This document shows, one piece after another, positions 54,998 through 64,000 of a stretch of 64,000 nt of DNA (positions are counted from its first letter, which is position 1; every line of letters begins with the position of its first letter). This DNA comes from Patiriisocius sp. Lineage in GTDB: Bacteria > Bacteroidota > Bacteroidia > Flavobacteriales > Flavobacteriaceae. The DNA lies in assembly GCF_051252435.1 (NCBI RefSeq), contig NZ_JBPOFW010000001.1:888826-952825 (forward strand), given 5' to 3'. The notes below the pieces were generated by a model. That model was not told the origin of the DNA. It saw only the letters and a program-made list of their open reading frames with translations, and ran no database searches. Both the position numbers and the translations under genes were made by a program.

Positions 54998-57844
54998 ATG
55001 AAACATATTTATTATTTACTATTACTGATTTTTTTCTTCGGAAATGTTAATGCTCAACAACCTGCTACTTCAGCAGATAAAATTTTAAGTTCACTTGAAC
55101 AGAAACAGTCAATGACCGAAACTTCTTTGGTCAAAAATCTACCTTTTAAAAATATTGGCCCTACTATTATGAGTGGGCGCGTTGTGGATCTTGCCGTAAA
55201 CCCAAATAACCCCACCGAATTTTACGTGGGATATGCAAGTGGGGGCGTTTGGCACACGAAAAATAATGGAACCACATTTACTCCCGTTTTAGATTCTAGT
55301 CCAACTCAAAATGTGGGGTCGCTAGCGGTAGACTGGAAAACCAAAACTATCTGGGTAGGAACAGGAGAAGTAAATTCATCGCGATCAAGTTATGCCGGAA
55401 TCGGATTACTGAAATCTAACGACAATGGAAAGACTTGGGAAAATATGGGGCTTGCAGACAGTCATCATATTTCAAAAATCATTATCAATCCTAACAATGC
55501 AAACGAAATTTTAGTTTCAGCAGTTGGCCATCTTTATTCTAAAAACAACGAAAGAGGTATTTACAAAACAATGGACGGTGGAAAAACTTGGAAGCAAACA
55601 CTTTTTGTAGATGACCAAAGCGGAATTATTGAAATGGACGCAGACCCTAATAATTTCAACCTGGTATATGCTTCATCGTGGGATAAAGATAGAAAGGCGT
55701 GGAATTTTCGAGGAAGTGGAAGTGGGAGTGCCATCTATAAAAGCACAGATGCAGGTAATTCTTGGACAAAAGTGTCAACACTAGAAAGTGGTTTCCCCAC
55801 AGGAGAAGGTGTCGGTAGAATAGGCCTTGCCGTTGTCGATGCAAATATTGTTTACGCAGTGCATGATAATCAAGCAAGAAGAGAAGGTGGAGATAAAAAA
55901 AAGAGTGGCGATGACCTTTCAAAAGAACAGTTTAAAACGATGACCTCAAGTCAGTTTTTAGCACTTGATGATAAAAAGCTAAACGCATATTTGAAGAATA
56001 ATGGTTTTCAAGAAAAGTATAGAGCAGACAATGTAAAATCGATGGTTCGTGGTGGTACGGTAAAGCCTATTGATTTAGCGAAGTATTTAGAAGACGCAAA
56101 CTCAATGTTATTTGATACGCCAGTAATTGGTACAGAAGTTTATAAAAGCACAGACGGCGGAAAGACATGGAAAAAGACCCACGAAGGATTTCTTGACGGA
56201 ATTTATTACAGTTATGGCTATTATTTTGGAAAAATCCATGTAGATCCGAGTGATAAAGATGGGATTTATATTTACGGTGTTCCAATTTTAAAGTCAAAAG
56301 ACGGAGGAAAAACATTTACATCCATTTCGGCAGATAATGTTCATGCAGATCATCACGCTCTATGGATCAATCCAAATATGCCTGGCCACTTAATAAATGG
56401 AAACGATGGAGGTGTGAATATAAGTTATGATGACGGTGAGAATTGGATTAAAAACAATGCGCCAGCTGTGGGACAATTTTATGCTGTAAATGTTGATAAT
56501 GAAGAGCCTTATAGTGTGTATGGTGGATTACAGGATAATGGTGTTTGGGTAGGCGCACATACCAATGAAGAAAATCCCAGGTGGAAGCAAAACGGACAAT
56601 ATCCCTTTGAGTTTATTATGGGAGGTGACGGGATGCAGGTTCAGATTGACAACCGTGATAGCAATGTGGTTTACACGGGATTTCAATTTGGAAATTATTT
56701 CAGACTTAATAGAAAAACGAATGAGCAAGCATATATTCAACCCAAGCACGAATTGGGCGATAATCCGTACCGCTTTAATTGGCAGACTCCAATTTTATTG
56801 AGCTCGCACAATCAAGATATTCTTTATTTAGGCGGAAATAAATTGATGCGTTCCATGAACAAAGGGAATGACTGGACTGCGATTTCGCCAGATGTTACCA
56901 ATGGAGGAAAACAAGGAAATGTGGCGTATGGAACTATCTCGTCTTTAGACGAATCTACGTTTCAGTTTGGATTGTTATATACAGGAAGCGATGATGGCGT
57001 AGTGCAAGTGACCAAAGACGGTGGCAGTAACTGGCAAAATATTTCCAGCACTTTACCTCAAGATTTATGGGTAAGTAGAGTAATTGCTTCCACGCATAAA
57101 AAAGAACGTGTCTACCTTACATTAAATGGGTATCGCTGGGATGATTTTACTCCCTATGTTTATATGAGTGATAACTATGGCATATCTTGGGAGCCAATTT
57201 CAAATAACTTACCTGCATCTCCCGTAAATGTAATTAGGGAAGATCCATCGAATGAAAATGTGCTATACTTAGGAACGGACAACGGTGCTTATGTATCCTT
57301 CAATCGAGGAAAAAGTTGGGAAGCGTTTAGCGATGGTTTGCCCTCAGTAGCCGTTCATGATTTGGTAGTTCAAAAGCGCGATAAAGATTTGGTTGTTGGA
57401 ACACACGGAAGATCTATTTATATCGCAGATATTAGTTTGATTCAGCAAATTTCTGAAACAAATATGAATACGTTAATGCTTGCTGAAATTCCAGATCAAA
57501 GAGCCTCACGTCGTTGGGGAAGCACAGGATTTGATCAATACGGAGATGTTTTTGAACCTTCTTTAATACTTCAAATTTACGCACCCAAATCAGGCAAAGC
57601 CGAAATTTTAATCACCAATGAGGACGGAAAAGAATTAAATTCTTGGAAATTAGATTTAAAAAAGGGATTCAATATCATGGATTATAATATGGGCGTTTCT
57701 GAAAAAGGTAAAAAACAATTGGAGCGCGATGAGAAAAATGCTTTTGAAGGAGATAATGGCCAATTTTATTTAAGTAAAGGCTCTTACAAAATCATGGTTA
57801 TATTAGGTGAAAACACCGTTTCTCAGACGTTAGTTTTAGAGTAA
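54998..57844 (+). CDS. Secreted BNR/Asp-box repeat protein, sortilin/VPS10-like double beta-propeller
   Basis: 948 aa with a signal peptide. Many S-x-D-x-G-x-T-W Asp-boxes (SNDNGKTW, TMDGGKTW, STDAGNSW, STDGGKTW, SKDGGKTF, TKDGGSNW, SDNYGISW, NRGKSW). Confidence 0.7.
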   Translation: MKHIYYLLLLIFFFGNVNAQQPATSADKILSSLEQKQSMTETSLVKNLPFKNIGPTIMSGRVVDLAVNPNNPTEFYVGYASGGVWHTKNNGTTFTPVLDSSPTQNVGSLAVDWKTKTIWVGTGEVNSSRSSYAGIGLLKSNDNGKTWENMGLADSHHISKIIINPNNANEILVSAVGHLYSKNNERGIYKTMDGGKTWKQTLFVDDQSGIIEMDADPNNFNLVYASSWDKDRKAWNFRGSGSGSAIYKSTDAGNSWTKVSTLESGFPTGEGVGRIGLAVVDANIVYAVHDNQARREGGDKKKSGDDLSKEQFKTMTSSQFLALDDKKLNAYLKNNGFQEKYRADNVKSMVRGGTVKPIDLAKYLEDANSMLFDTPVIGTEVYKSTDGGKTWKKTHEGFLDGIYYSYGYYFGKIHVDPSDKDGIYIYGVPILKSKDGGKTFTSISADNVHADHHALWINPNMPGHLINGNDGGVNISYDDGENWIKNNAPAVGQFYAVNVDNEEPYSVYGGLQDNGVWVGAHTNEENPRWKQNGQYPFEFIMGGDGMQVQIDNRDSNVVYTGFQFGNYFRLNRKTNEQAYIQPKHELGDNPYRFNWQTPILLSSHNQDILYLGGNKLMRSMNKGNDWTAISPDVTNGGKQGNVAYGTISSLDESTFQFGLLYTGSDDGVVQVTKDGGSNWQNISSTLPQDLWVSRVIASTHKKERVYLTLNGYRWDDFTPYVYMSDNYGISWEPISNNLPASPVNVIREDPSNENVLYLGTDNGAYVSFNRGKSWEAFSDGLPSVAVHDLVVQKRDKDLVVGTHGRSIYIADISLIQQISETNMNTLMLAEIPDQRASRRWGSTGFDQYGDVFEPSLILQIYAPKSGKAEILITNEDGKELNSWKLDLKKGFNIMDYNMGVSEKGKKQLERDEKNAFEGDNGQFYLSKGSYKIMVILGENTVSQTLVLE

Positions 57845-57907
57845 TATAAAACGAATACAAATTAGTTTTAATAAGCCGTAATATTTGCTTAACAGCATTT
57901 TGAGCCG

Positions 57908-57915
57908 TATTTTTG
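57908..57915 (+). promoter_or_regulatory. Candidate -7 promoter box (TATTTTTG) upstream of sdhC
   Basis: Matches the Bacteroidetes TAnnTTTG consensus, 31 nt before the ATG at 57947. Confidence 0.35.
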
Positions 57916-57946
57916 TAACACTAAACATTTTGAAAACACAACGATA

Positions 57947-58612
57947 ATGGGAATAATATCCTCTTCAATTGCTAGAAAAGTTGCCATGGCGCTTTCTGGT
58001 TTGTTCTTAGTACTCTTTTTAGGACAGCACTTTACAATTAATATAACTTCTGTAATTGCTCCAGATTTGTTTAACAGCTGGTCGCATTTTATGGGAACTA
58101 ATGGTCTTGTTCAAGGAGTTTTACAGCCCATTTTAATTTTTGGAGTTGTATTTCACTTTGTGATGGGTTTTATTTTAGAAATCAGAAACCGTAATGCTCG
58201 TGCAGTTAAATATGTTTCTTACAAAGGAAGCGCAAATGCTAGCTGGGCCTCTAGAAACATGATAATTTCTGGATTGGTAATCCTTGCATTTTTAGGGTTG
58301 CACTTTTACGATTTTTGGATTCCTGAAATGATTCACAAGTATGTCGAGTCAAACCCAGAGGACCCTACAAGATATTATGCCGAGACTGTTCATAAATTTG
58401 AAAATCCAGTACGAGTTGGGTTATATGTTTTGTCGTTTATATTATTAGCAATCCACCTGTGGCATGGATTTGCTTCTTCTTTTCAAAGTGTAGGTTTCAA
58501 CAATAAATATTCAGTAGCGTTGACAAAATTCGCAAAAGTATATGCAATCGCTATACCAGCGGGTTTTATTTTTATTGCGCTTTACTTACACCTTAATCAA
58601 TTGCCACACTAA
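57947..58612 (+). CDS. sdhC: Succinate dehydrogenase/fumarate reductase cytochrome b subunit (b558 family)
   Basis: 221 aa with 5 TM helices and conserved His residues. It is the first gene of the sdhCAB order typical of Bacteroidota. Confidence 0.85.
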   Translation: MGIISSSIARKVAMALSGLFLVLFLGQHFTINITSVIAPDLFNSWSHFMGTNGLVQGVLQPILIFGVVFHFVMGFILEIRNRNARAVKYVSYKGSANASWASRNMIISGLVILAFLGLHFYDFWIPEMIHKYVESNPEDPTRYYAETVHKFENPVRVGLYVLSFILLAIHLWHGFASSFQSVGFNNKYSVALTKFAKVYAIAIPAGFIFIALYLHLNQLPH

Positions 58613-58624
58613 ACACATCAAGCT

Positions 58625-60640
58625 ATGTCGATATTAGATTCAAAAATACCTGAAGGACCCTTAGCAGATAAGTGGACAAATCATAAAAACAATATAAACC
58701 TTGTAAACCCTGCTAATAAGCGTAACATTGATGTTATTGTTGTTGGTACTGGTCTTGCAGGAGGAAGTGCTGCCGCAACGCTTGCAGAACTTGGCTATAA
58801 TGTAAAAACATTTTGTTATCAAGATTCGCCGCGTCGTGCACACTCTATTGCAGCTCAAGGAGGAATTAATGCAGCAAAAAATTATCAGGGAGATGGAGAT
58901 AGTAATTACCGTCTTTTTTACGACACCGTAAAAGGTGGTGATTATCGCTCAAGAGAAGCAAACGTATATCGTCTTGCAGAGGTTTCGGCAAATATTATTG
59001 ATCAATGCGTGGCTCAAGGAGTTCCTTTTGCTCGTGAATACGGGGGATTGTTAGATAACCGTTCTTTTGGAGGCGTATTGGTTTCAAGAACTTTTTACGC
59101 AAAAGGCCAAACAGGACAACAATTATTGTTAGGTGCTTATTCAGCAATGAATCGCCAAATAAATCGTGGAAAAATCCAACCTTTTAACCGTCATGAAATG
59201 CTCGACGTTGTAAAAGTTGGAGGAAAAGCAAGAGGTATTATTGCTCGGGATTTAGTAACAGGAAAAATTGAAAGACATTCTGCTCACGCAGTGGTTCTTG
59301 CTACTGGTGGCTACGGAAATGTATTTTTCCTTTCCACAAACGCCATGGGAAGTAATGTAACAGCGGCATGGAAAGCACACCGAAGAGGAGCATTTATGGC
59401 AAACCCTTGTTACACACAAATCCACCCTACCTGTATTCCAGTTTCAGGGGACCATCAATCAAAATTAACGTTGATGTCTGAATCTCTTCGTAACGACGGT
59501 AGAATTTGGGTTCCGAAGAAAAAAGAAGATGCGGAAGCTATTAGAGCTGGAAGGAAAAAACCAACACAACTTTCAGAAGAAGAAAGAGATTATTATCTAG
59601 AACGCAGATATCCTGCTTTTGGTAACTTAGTACCTCGTGATGTTGCATCTAGAGCTGCAAAAGAACGTTGTGACGCCGGTTTTGGTGTAAATAAAACAGG
59701 TGAGGCAGTGTATTTAGATTTCGCAAGTGCTATTAAGCGCTACGGAAAAGAGCAAGCCTTGATAAATCATAATGAAAATCCAACAGAAGAAGAAATCTAC
59801 GATTTAGGAAAAGCCGTTATTGAAAACAAATACGGTAACCTTTTTCAGATGTATGAGAAAATTGTTGACGAAAACCCATATAAAACTCCAATGATGATTT
59901 ACCCAGCGGTACATTACACAATGGGAGGTCTTTGGGTTGATTACAATTTACAAACCACAGTTGAAGGTTTATATGCGGCGGGAGAAGCTAACTTTAGTGA
60001 TCATGGCGCAAATAGACTAGGAGCTTCGGCATTAATGCAAGGCTTAGCCGATGGTTATTTTGTATTGCCATATACAATAGGAGATTACCTTTCTCATGAT
60101 ATTAGAACTGGAAAAATACCAACAAACACTCCAGAATTTGACCAAGCAGAAAAGGATGTCGAAGACCGTATCAATAAACTAATGAGCGGAAGCGGAAAGC
60201 ATTCAGTAGATCATTACCACAAAATTTTAGGTAAAATTATGTGGAACAAATGTGGAATGTCCCGTAATGCAAAAGATTTGCAAGCTGCCATTGATGAAAT
60301 TTCAGCATTAAGAGCAGATTTCTGGGAAAATGTAAAAGTGCCTGGGACTAAAGATGGATTAAATCAGGAGCTAGAAAAAGCAGGAAGAGTAGCAGATTTT
60401 CTTGAATTGGGAGAGCTGTTTGCTAAAGATGCTTTGAACCGAAACGAATCTGCTGGAGGTCACTTTAGAGAAGAAAGTGTTGAGCAGAGTGGAGAACAAA
60501 AAGGAGAAGCATTACGCGATGATGAAAACTTTAAATACGTAGCTGCTTGGGAATACAAAGGTGAACCCAAAGATGCAGTATTGCATAAGGAAGAGTTAGT
60601 ATTTGAAAACATTGAGTTAAAAACACGATCGTATAAATAA
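58625..60640 (+). CDS. sdhA: Succinate dehydrogenase/fumarate reductase flavoprotein subunit
   Basis: 671 aa. FAD-binding [26 protein letters not shown] (FAD-linked His) and [10 protein letters not shown]. Confidence 0.95.
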   Translation: MSILDSKIPEGPLADKWTNHKNNINLVNPANKRNIDVIVVGTGLAGGSAAATLAELGYNVKTFCYQDSPRRAHSIAAQGGINAAKNYQGDGDSNYRLFYDTVKGGDYRSREANVYRLAEVSANIIDQCVAQGVPFAREYGGLLDNRSFGGVLVSRTFYAKGQTGQQLLLGAYSAMNRQINRGKIQPFNRHEMLDVVKVGGKARGIIARDLVTGKIERHSAHAVVLATGGYGNVFFLSTNAMGSNVTAAWKAHRRGAFMANPCYTQIHPTCIPVSGDHQSKLTLMSESLRNDGRIWVPKKKEDAEAIRAGRKKPTQLSEEERDYYLERRYPAFGNLVPRDVASRAAKERCDAGFGVNKTGEAVYLDFASAIKRYGKEQALINHNENPTEEEIYDLGKAVIENKYGNLFQMYEKIVDENPYKTPMMIYPAVHYTMGGLWVDYNLQTTVEGLYAAGEANFSDHGANRLGASALMQGLADGYFVLPYTIGDYLSHDIRTGKIPTNTPEFDQAEKDVEDRINKLMSGSGKHSVDHYHKILGKIMWNKCGMSRNAKDLQAAIDEISALRADFWENVKVPGTKDGLNQELEKAGRVADFLELGELFAKDALNRNESAGGHFREESVEQSGEQKGEALRDDENFKYVAAWEYKGEPKDAVLHKEELVFENIELKTRSYK

Positions 60641-60690
60641 GATGATTTTATGTTGAAAAACATATATCAATCTTAAAAAATAACATACAG

Positions 60691-61437
60691 ATGAAATTAA
60701 ATTTAAAAATTTGGAGACAAGCAAATGCAACTGCTAAAGGAAGCATGCAAACATATCCTATTGATGGTGTAGAAGGAGATATGTCATTCTTAGAAATGCT
60801 TGACGTGTTAAACGAAAAACTAATCAATGATGGTGACGAACCCGTAGTTTTTGATCACGATTGTCGCGAAGGGATTTGCGGAAGCTGTTCCCTGCAGATC
60901 AACGGTGAACCCCATGGGCCAGATAGATTGGTTACTACCTGCCAATTGCACATGCGCAAGTTCAGCGATGGAGATACCTTAACCATTGAACCCTTTAGAG
61001 CAAAGGCATTTCCGGTAATAAAAGATTTGATGATTGACCGTTCTGCGTTTGATCGTATTCAACAAGCTGGAGGTTATATTTCGGTAAATACTTCTGGAAA
61101 TACAATTGATGCAAATGCCATTCCGGTTGAAAAGGAAAACGCAGACGATGCCTTTTACGCAGCAACCTGTATAGGTTGTGGAGCGTGTGTTGCAGCGTGC
61201 AAAAATGCGAGTGCCATGCTGTTTACTTCGGCAAAAGTTTCGCAATATGCGTTATTGCCACAAGGACAAGTTGAGGCGACTACCCGTGTTTTGAACATGG
61301 TAGAGCAAATGGATAATGAAGGTTTCGGTAATTGTACAAATACAGGTGCTTGCGAGGTGGAATGCCCTAAAGGAATTTCGTTAGAAAACATTGCTAGAAT
61401 GAACCGCGAATATCTTTCTGCGAGTTTAAAAGGCTAA
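60691..61437 (+). CDS. sdhB: Succinate dehydrogenase/fumarate reductase iron-sulfur subunit
   Basis: 248 aa. [15 protein letters not shown] (2Fe-2S), [11 protein letters not shown] and [12 protein letters not shown] (4Fe-4S / 3Fe-4S). Confidence 0.95.
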   Translation: MKLNLKIWRQANATAKGSMQTYPIDGVEGDMSFLEMLDVLNEKLINDGDEPVVFDHDCREGICGSCSLQINGEPHGPDRLVTTCQLHMRKFSDGDTLTIEPFRAKAFPVIKDLMIDRSAFDRIQQAGGYISVNTSGNTIDANAIPVEKENADDAFYAATCIGCGACVAACKNASAMLFTSAKVSQYALLPQGQVEATTRVLNMVEQMDNEGFGNCTNTGACEVECPKGISLENIARMNREYLSASLKG

Positions 61438-61475
61438 AAGGTCTATTTCGCTTTCGCGGAAATTTTAAATACATG

Positions 61476-61517
61476 AAAAATCCTTAATCCATTACATATG
61501 GGTTTAGGATTTTTTTC
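61476..61517 (+). terminator. Rho-independent terminator of sdhCAB
   Basis: aaaaatcct-t-aatccat/tac/atgggtt-t-aggattttttt. Confidence 0.7.
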
Positions 61518-61524
61518 ATTTTGG

Positions 61525-61537
61525 CATATTTCCGAAG
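61525..61537 (+). repeat. Intergenic copy of the iterated word CATATTTCCGAAG
   Basis: Read directly. Lies 8 nt after the sdh terminator and 84 nt upstream of vsr. Confidence 0.9.
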
Positions 61538-61621
61538 TTCAAATAATTCTATTTTCATCGAAAGGAAACTTGTAATTCCTTTAACAGAAATAATCCGAAT
61601 TCATCCGTATTTTTAAATCGA

Positions 61622-62101
61622 ATGATTAAATACGACGATAACGGAAAAATAATTGTCCCTCGTTTTAATGAGGAATCTGGTTTTTATACCACGAAAAAAC
61701 GCTCAAAGATTATGAGTAAAATTCGAGGAAAAAACACAAAGCCAGAGATGCTCCTTCGCAGAGCGCTTTGGAAAAATGGCCTGCGATACCGCGTCAATAA
61801 TAAAAAGCTTCCCGGCACGCCAGATGTTTCTATCACAAAATATAAACTCGCCATATTTGTGGATGGCGAATATTGGCACGGTTATGATTGGGATGTTCGG
61901 AGAGATAAAATTAAAACCAATAGAGAATTTTGGATTCCAAAAATTGAACGAAATATGCAAAAAGATACTGAGGTAAATAAAAAACTCAGCGAATTAGATT
62001 TCACAGTTTTTAGATTTTGGGAAAGCGAAATCAAGAACGATTTACAAAAATGTGTGAATGATATTTTGCAATACATTTCTGTATATCCGTATTTAATTTA
62101 G
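61622..62101 (+). CDS. vsr: Very-short-patch-repair endonuclease
   Basis: 159 aa. RSKIMSKIRGKNTKPEMLLRRALWKNGLRYRVNNKKLPGTPDVSITKYKLAIFVDGEYWHG is the canonical Vsr core. Confidence 0.9.
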   Translation: MIKYDDNGKIIVPRFNEESGFYTTKKRSKIMSKIRGKNTKPEMLLRRALWKNGLRYRVNNKKLPGTPDVSITKYKLAIFVDGEYWHGYDWDVRRDKIKTNREFWIPKIERNMQKDTEVNKKLSELDFTVFRFWESEIKNDLQKCVNDILQYISVYPYLI

Positions 62102-62154
62102 TGCATTAAGCAACACTCAAAAGTTTAACTATCTTAGCAAAAAGCTGTGTTTCT

Positions 62155-63291
62155 ATGAAATTTAAATTACCCGAAATTCCAACGTCCATATTTTCAGTGA
62201 TGAGTAAAATGGCAACCGATTATAATGCCATTAATCTCTCGCAGGGATTTCCAAACTTCCCCAGCGACCCTAAATTAATTGCATTGGTTACAAAAGCAAT
62301 GAAAGAGGGTAACAATCAATATGCTCCAATGGCGGGAACATTTGCTTTGCGAGAAATCATTGCTCAAAAAGTGGATTCACTTTACAATAAAAAATACGAC
62401 CCAGCGACCGAAATCACAATAACAGCCGGTGCAACTCAAGCAATTTTTACAGCAATCGCAGCAACAATTTCCAAAGGGGATGAGGTTATCATTTTTACGC
62501 CGGCGTATGATTGTTATGCGCCCACGATTGAGCTGTTTGGTGGCGTTGTAAAATCCATTCAACTGCAATCACCACATTATGCGCCAGATTGGGATTTGGT
62601 GCGAGATACCATTTCAGGAAAAACAAAAATGATTATTATCAACAGTCCCCACAATCCAAGTGGCATGCTTTTTAAGGAAAACGATATGTTACAATTACAG
62701 CAAATTTCCGAAGCGAATAATGTACTCGTTATTAGTGATGAGGTTTATGAGCATATCATTTTTGACGGTCACGTGCATCAAAGCGCAGCGAAGTTTGAGG
62801 CACTCTCAAAAAGGACGTTCATTACCGCTTCTTTTGGAAAAACATTCCACAATACGGGTTGGAAAATGGGGTATTGCTTGGCGCCTCAAAAATTGATGAA
62901 AGAGTTTCAAAAAGTACATCAGTACAATGTATTTTGCGTCAATCATCCTATGCAAATTGCATTTTCGGAATATCTCAAAACACCCGCTCATTATTTGGGT
63001 TTGCCCAAATTCTACCAGCAGAAAAGGGATTATTTTTTAGCAAAGCTGAAATCATCCAGATTTAAAATAATTCCGTCAAAAGGTACTTATTTTCAGCTAT
63101 TGGATTTTAGTGACATTTCAGAAGAAAGTGATATTGCATTTGCAGAACGGTTGACAAAAGAAAACGGAATTGCCACAATACCTACTTCGGTTTTTAACGC
63201 CGACAAAAAAGACTTTAAACAGATACGTGTTTGTTTTGCTAAAACCAACGATACACTCGAAGCCGCTGCTGCTATTTTGAATAGCATTTAA
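62155..63291 (+). CDS. PLP-dependent aminotransferase, class I/II (YbdL-type methionine aminotransferase-like)
   Basis: 378 aa. INLSQGFPNF, NSPHNPSG and SFGKTFHNTGWKMGY (PLP Lys). Confidence 0.8.
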   Translation: MKFKLPEIPTSIFSVMSKMATDYNAINLSQGFPNFPSDPKLIALVTKAMKEGNNQYAPMAGTFALREIIAQKVDSLYNKKYDPATEITITAGATQAIFTAIAATISKGDEVIIFTPAYDCYAPTIELFGGVVKSIQLQSPHYAPDWDLVRDTISGKTKMIIINSPHNPSGMLFKENDMLQLQQISEANNVLVISDEVYEHIIFDGHVHQSAAKFEALSKRTFITASFGKTFHNTGWKMGYCLAPQKLMKEFQKVHQYNVFCVNHPMQIAFSEYLKTPAHYLGLPKFYQQKRDYFLAKLKSSRFKIIPSKGTYFQLLDFSDISEESDIAFAERLTKENGIATIPTSVFNADKKDFKQIRVCFAKTNDTLEAAAAILNSI

Positions 63292-63413
63292 TTAGCCTAT
63301 GTTAAAATGATTTAAGTATAACGAATATCAATTGCTTTATTAATACTTACAATCAATTTCAAAAATTATAGCTAACAAGAATATGTATCTTTAGTTTTTG
63401 AGAAATAATTTAA

Positions 63414-64000
<587 letters not shown>

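Noticed and set aside
2239-62713. Explaining the TTTCCGAAG excess as a conserved peptide (for example FFGN in TonB receptors)
   Set aside because: The copies occur in at least five different frame/strand contexts, in unrelated proteins including signal peptides, and six are intergenic. The tripeptide FGN with those exact codons would be expected less than once in the window by my rough estimate.
2239-62713. Reading the complement CUUCGG as a UUCG tetraloop hairpin RNA element
   Set aside because: The flanking bases (A-rich on one side, variable on the other) do not form a complementary stem at any of the copies I checked.

Overview
This is a 64-kb AT-rich chromosomal segment. It reads as a marine Flavobacteriia (Bacteroidota) genome: T9SS type-A and type-B C-terminal sorting domains, a PorP/SprF gene, three TonB-dependent receptors with CarboxypepD_reg-like N-termini, a b558-type sdhCAB operon, and TAnnTTTG-like -7 boxes. 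I saw no rRNA, tRNA, CRISPR array, integrase or transposase, so it looks like core genome with a few accessory surface loci.

Gene content, left to right:
- a partial metzincin protease that runs off the left edge and is missing from the ORF track
- a His-rich membrane protein plus a TonB receptor
- uvrC
- a patatin/Omp85-like phospholipase
- hmgA, a DUF3108-like gene and tryptophan 2,3-dioxygenase
- an M23 peptidase
- a TonB receptor
- a divergent EEP nuclease / TonB receptor / surface lipoprotein module
- a four-gene T9SS adhesin operon (1453-aa repeat protein, choice-of-anchor-L protein, PorP/SprF, OmpA-family protein)
- a decayed EEP-nuclease pseudogene
- hflX
- a complete suf operon with two embedded lipoprotein genes
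- a four-gene operon (T9SS-secreted choice-of-anchor-B propeller, repeat lipoprotein, MbnP-like protein, di-heme peroxidase)
- thiL
- two small paralogous zinc-ribbon-like ORFs
- an alpha/beta hydrolase, brnQ and an M24 peptidase
- a SYLF-like protein
- a BNR/sortilin-like protein
- sdhCAB
- an orphan vsr
- an aminotransferase
- the 5' end of katG

The most unusual signal is not a gene. The word (A)TTTCCGAAG occurs at least 21 times on both strands, against a rough expectation of under 1. It sits in several reading frames of unrelated genes and in intergenic DNA. A longer ACATTTCCGAAG / CATATTTCCGAAG form marks six intergenic sites, all on the + strand. I cannot assign it a function. Candidates are a DNA-uptake-signal-like word, a polar chromosome word, or an operator.

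All calls come from reading the sequence and from remembered family signatures. No searches were run, and the family names (DUFxxxx, MbnP, choice-of-anchor) need HMM confirmation.
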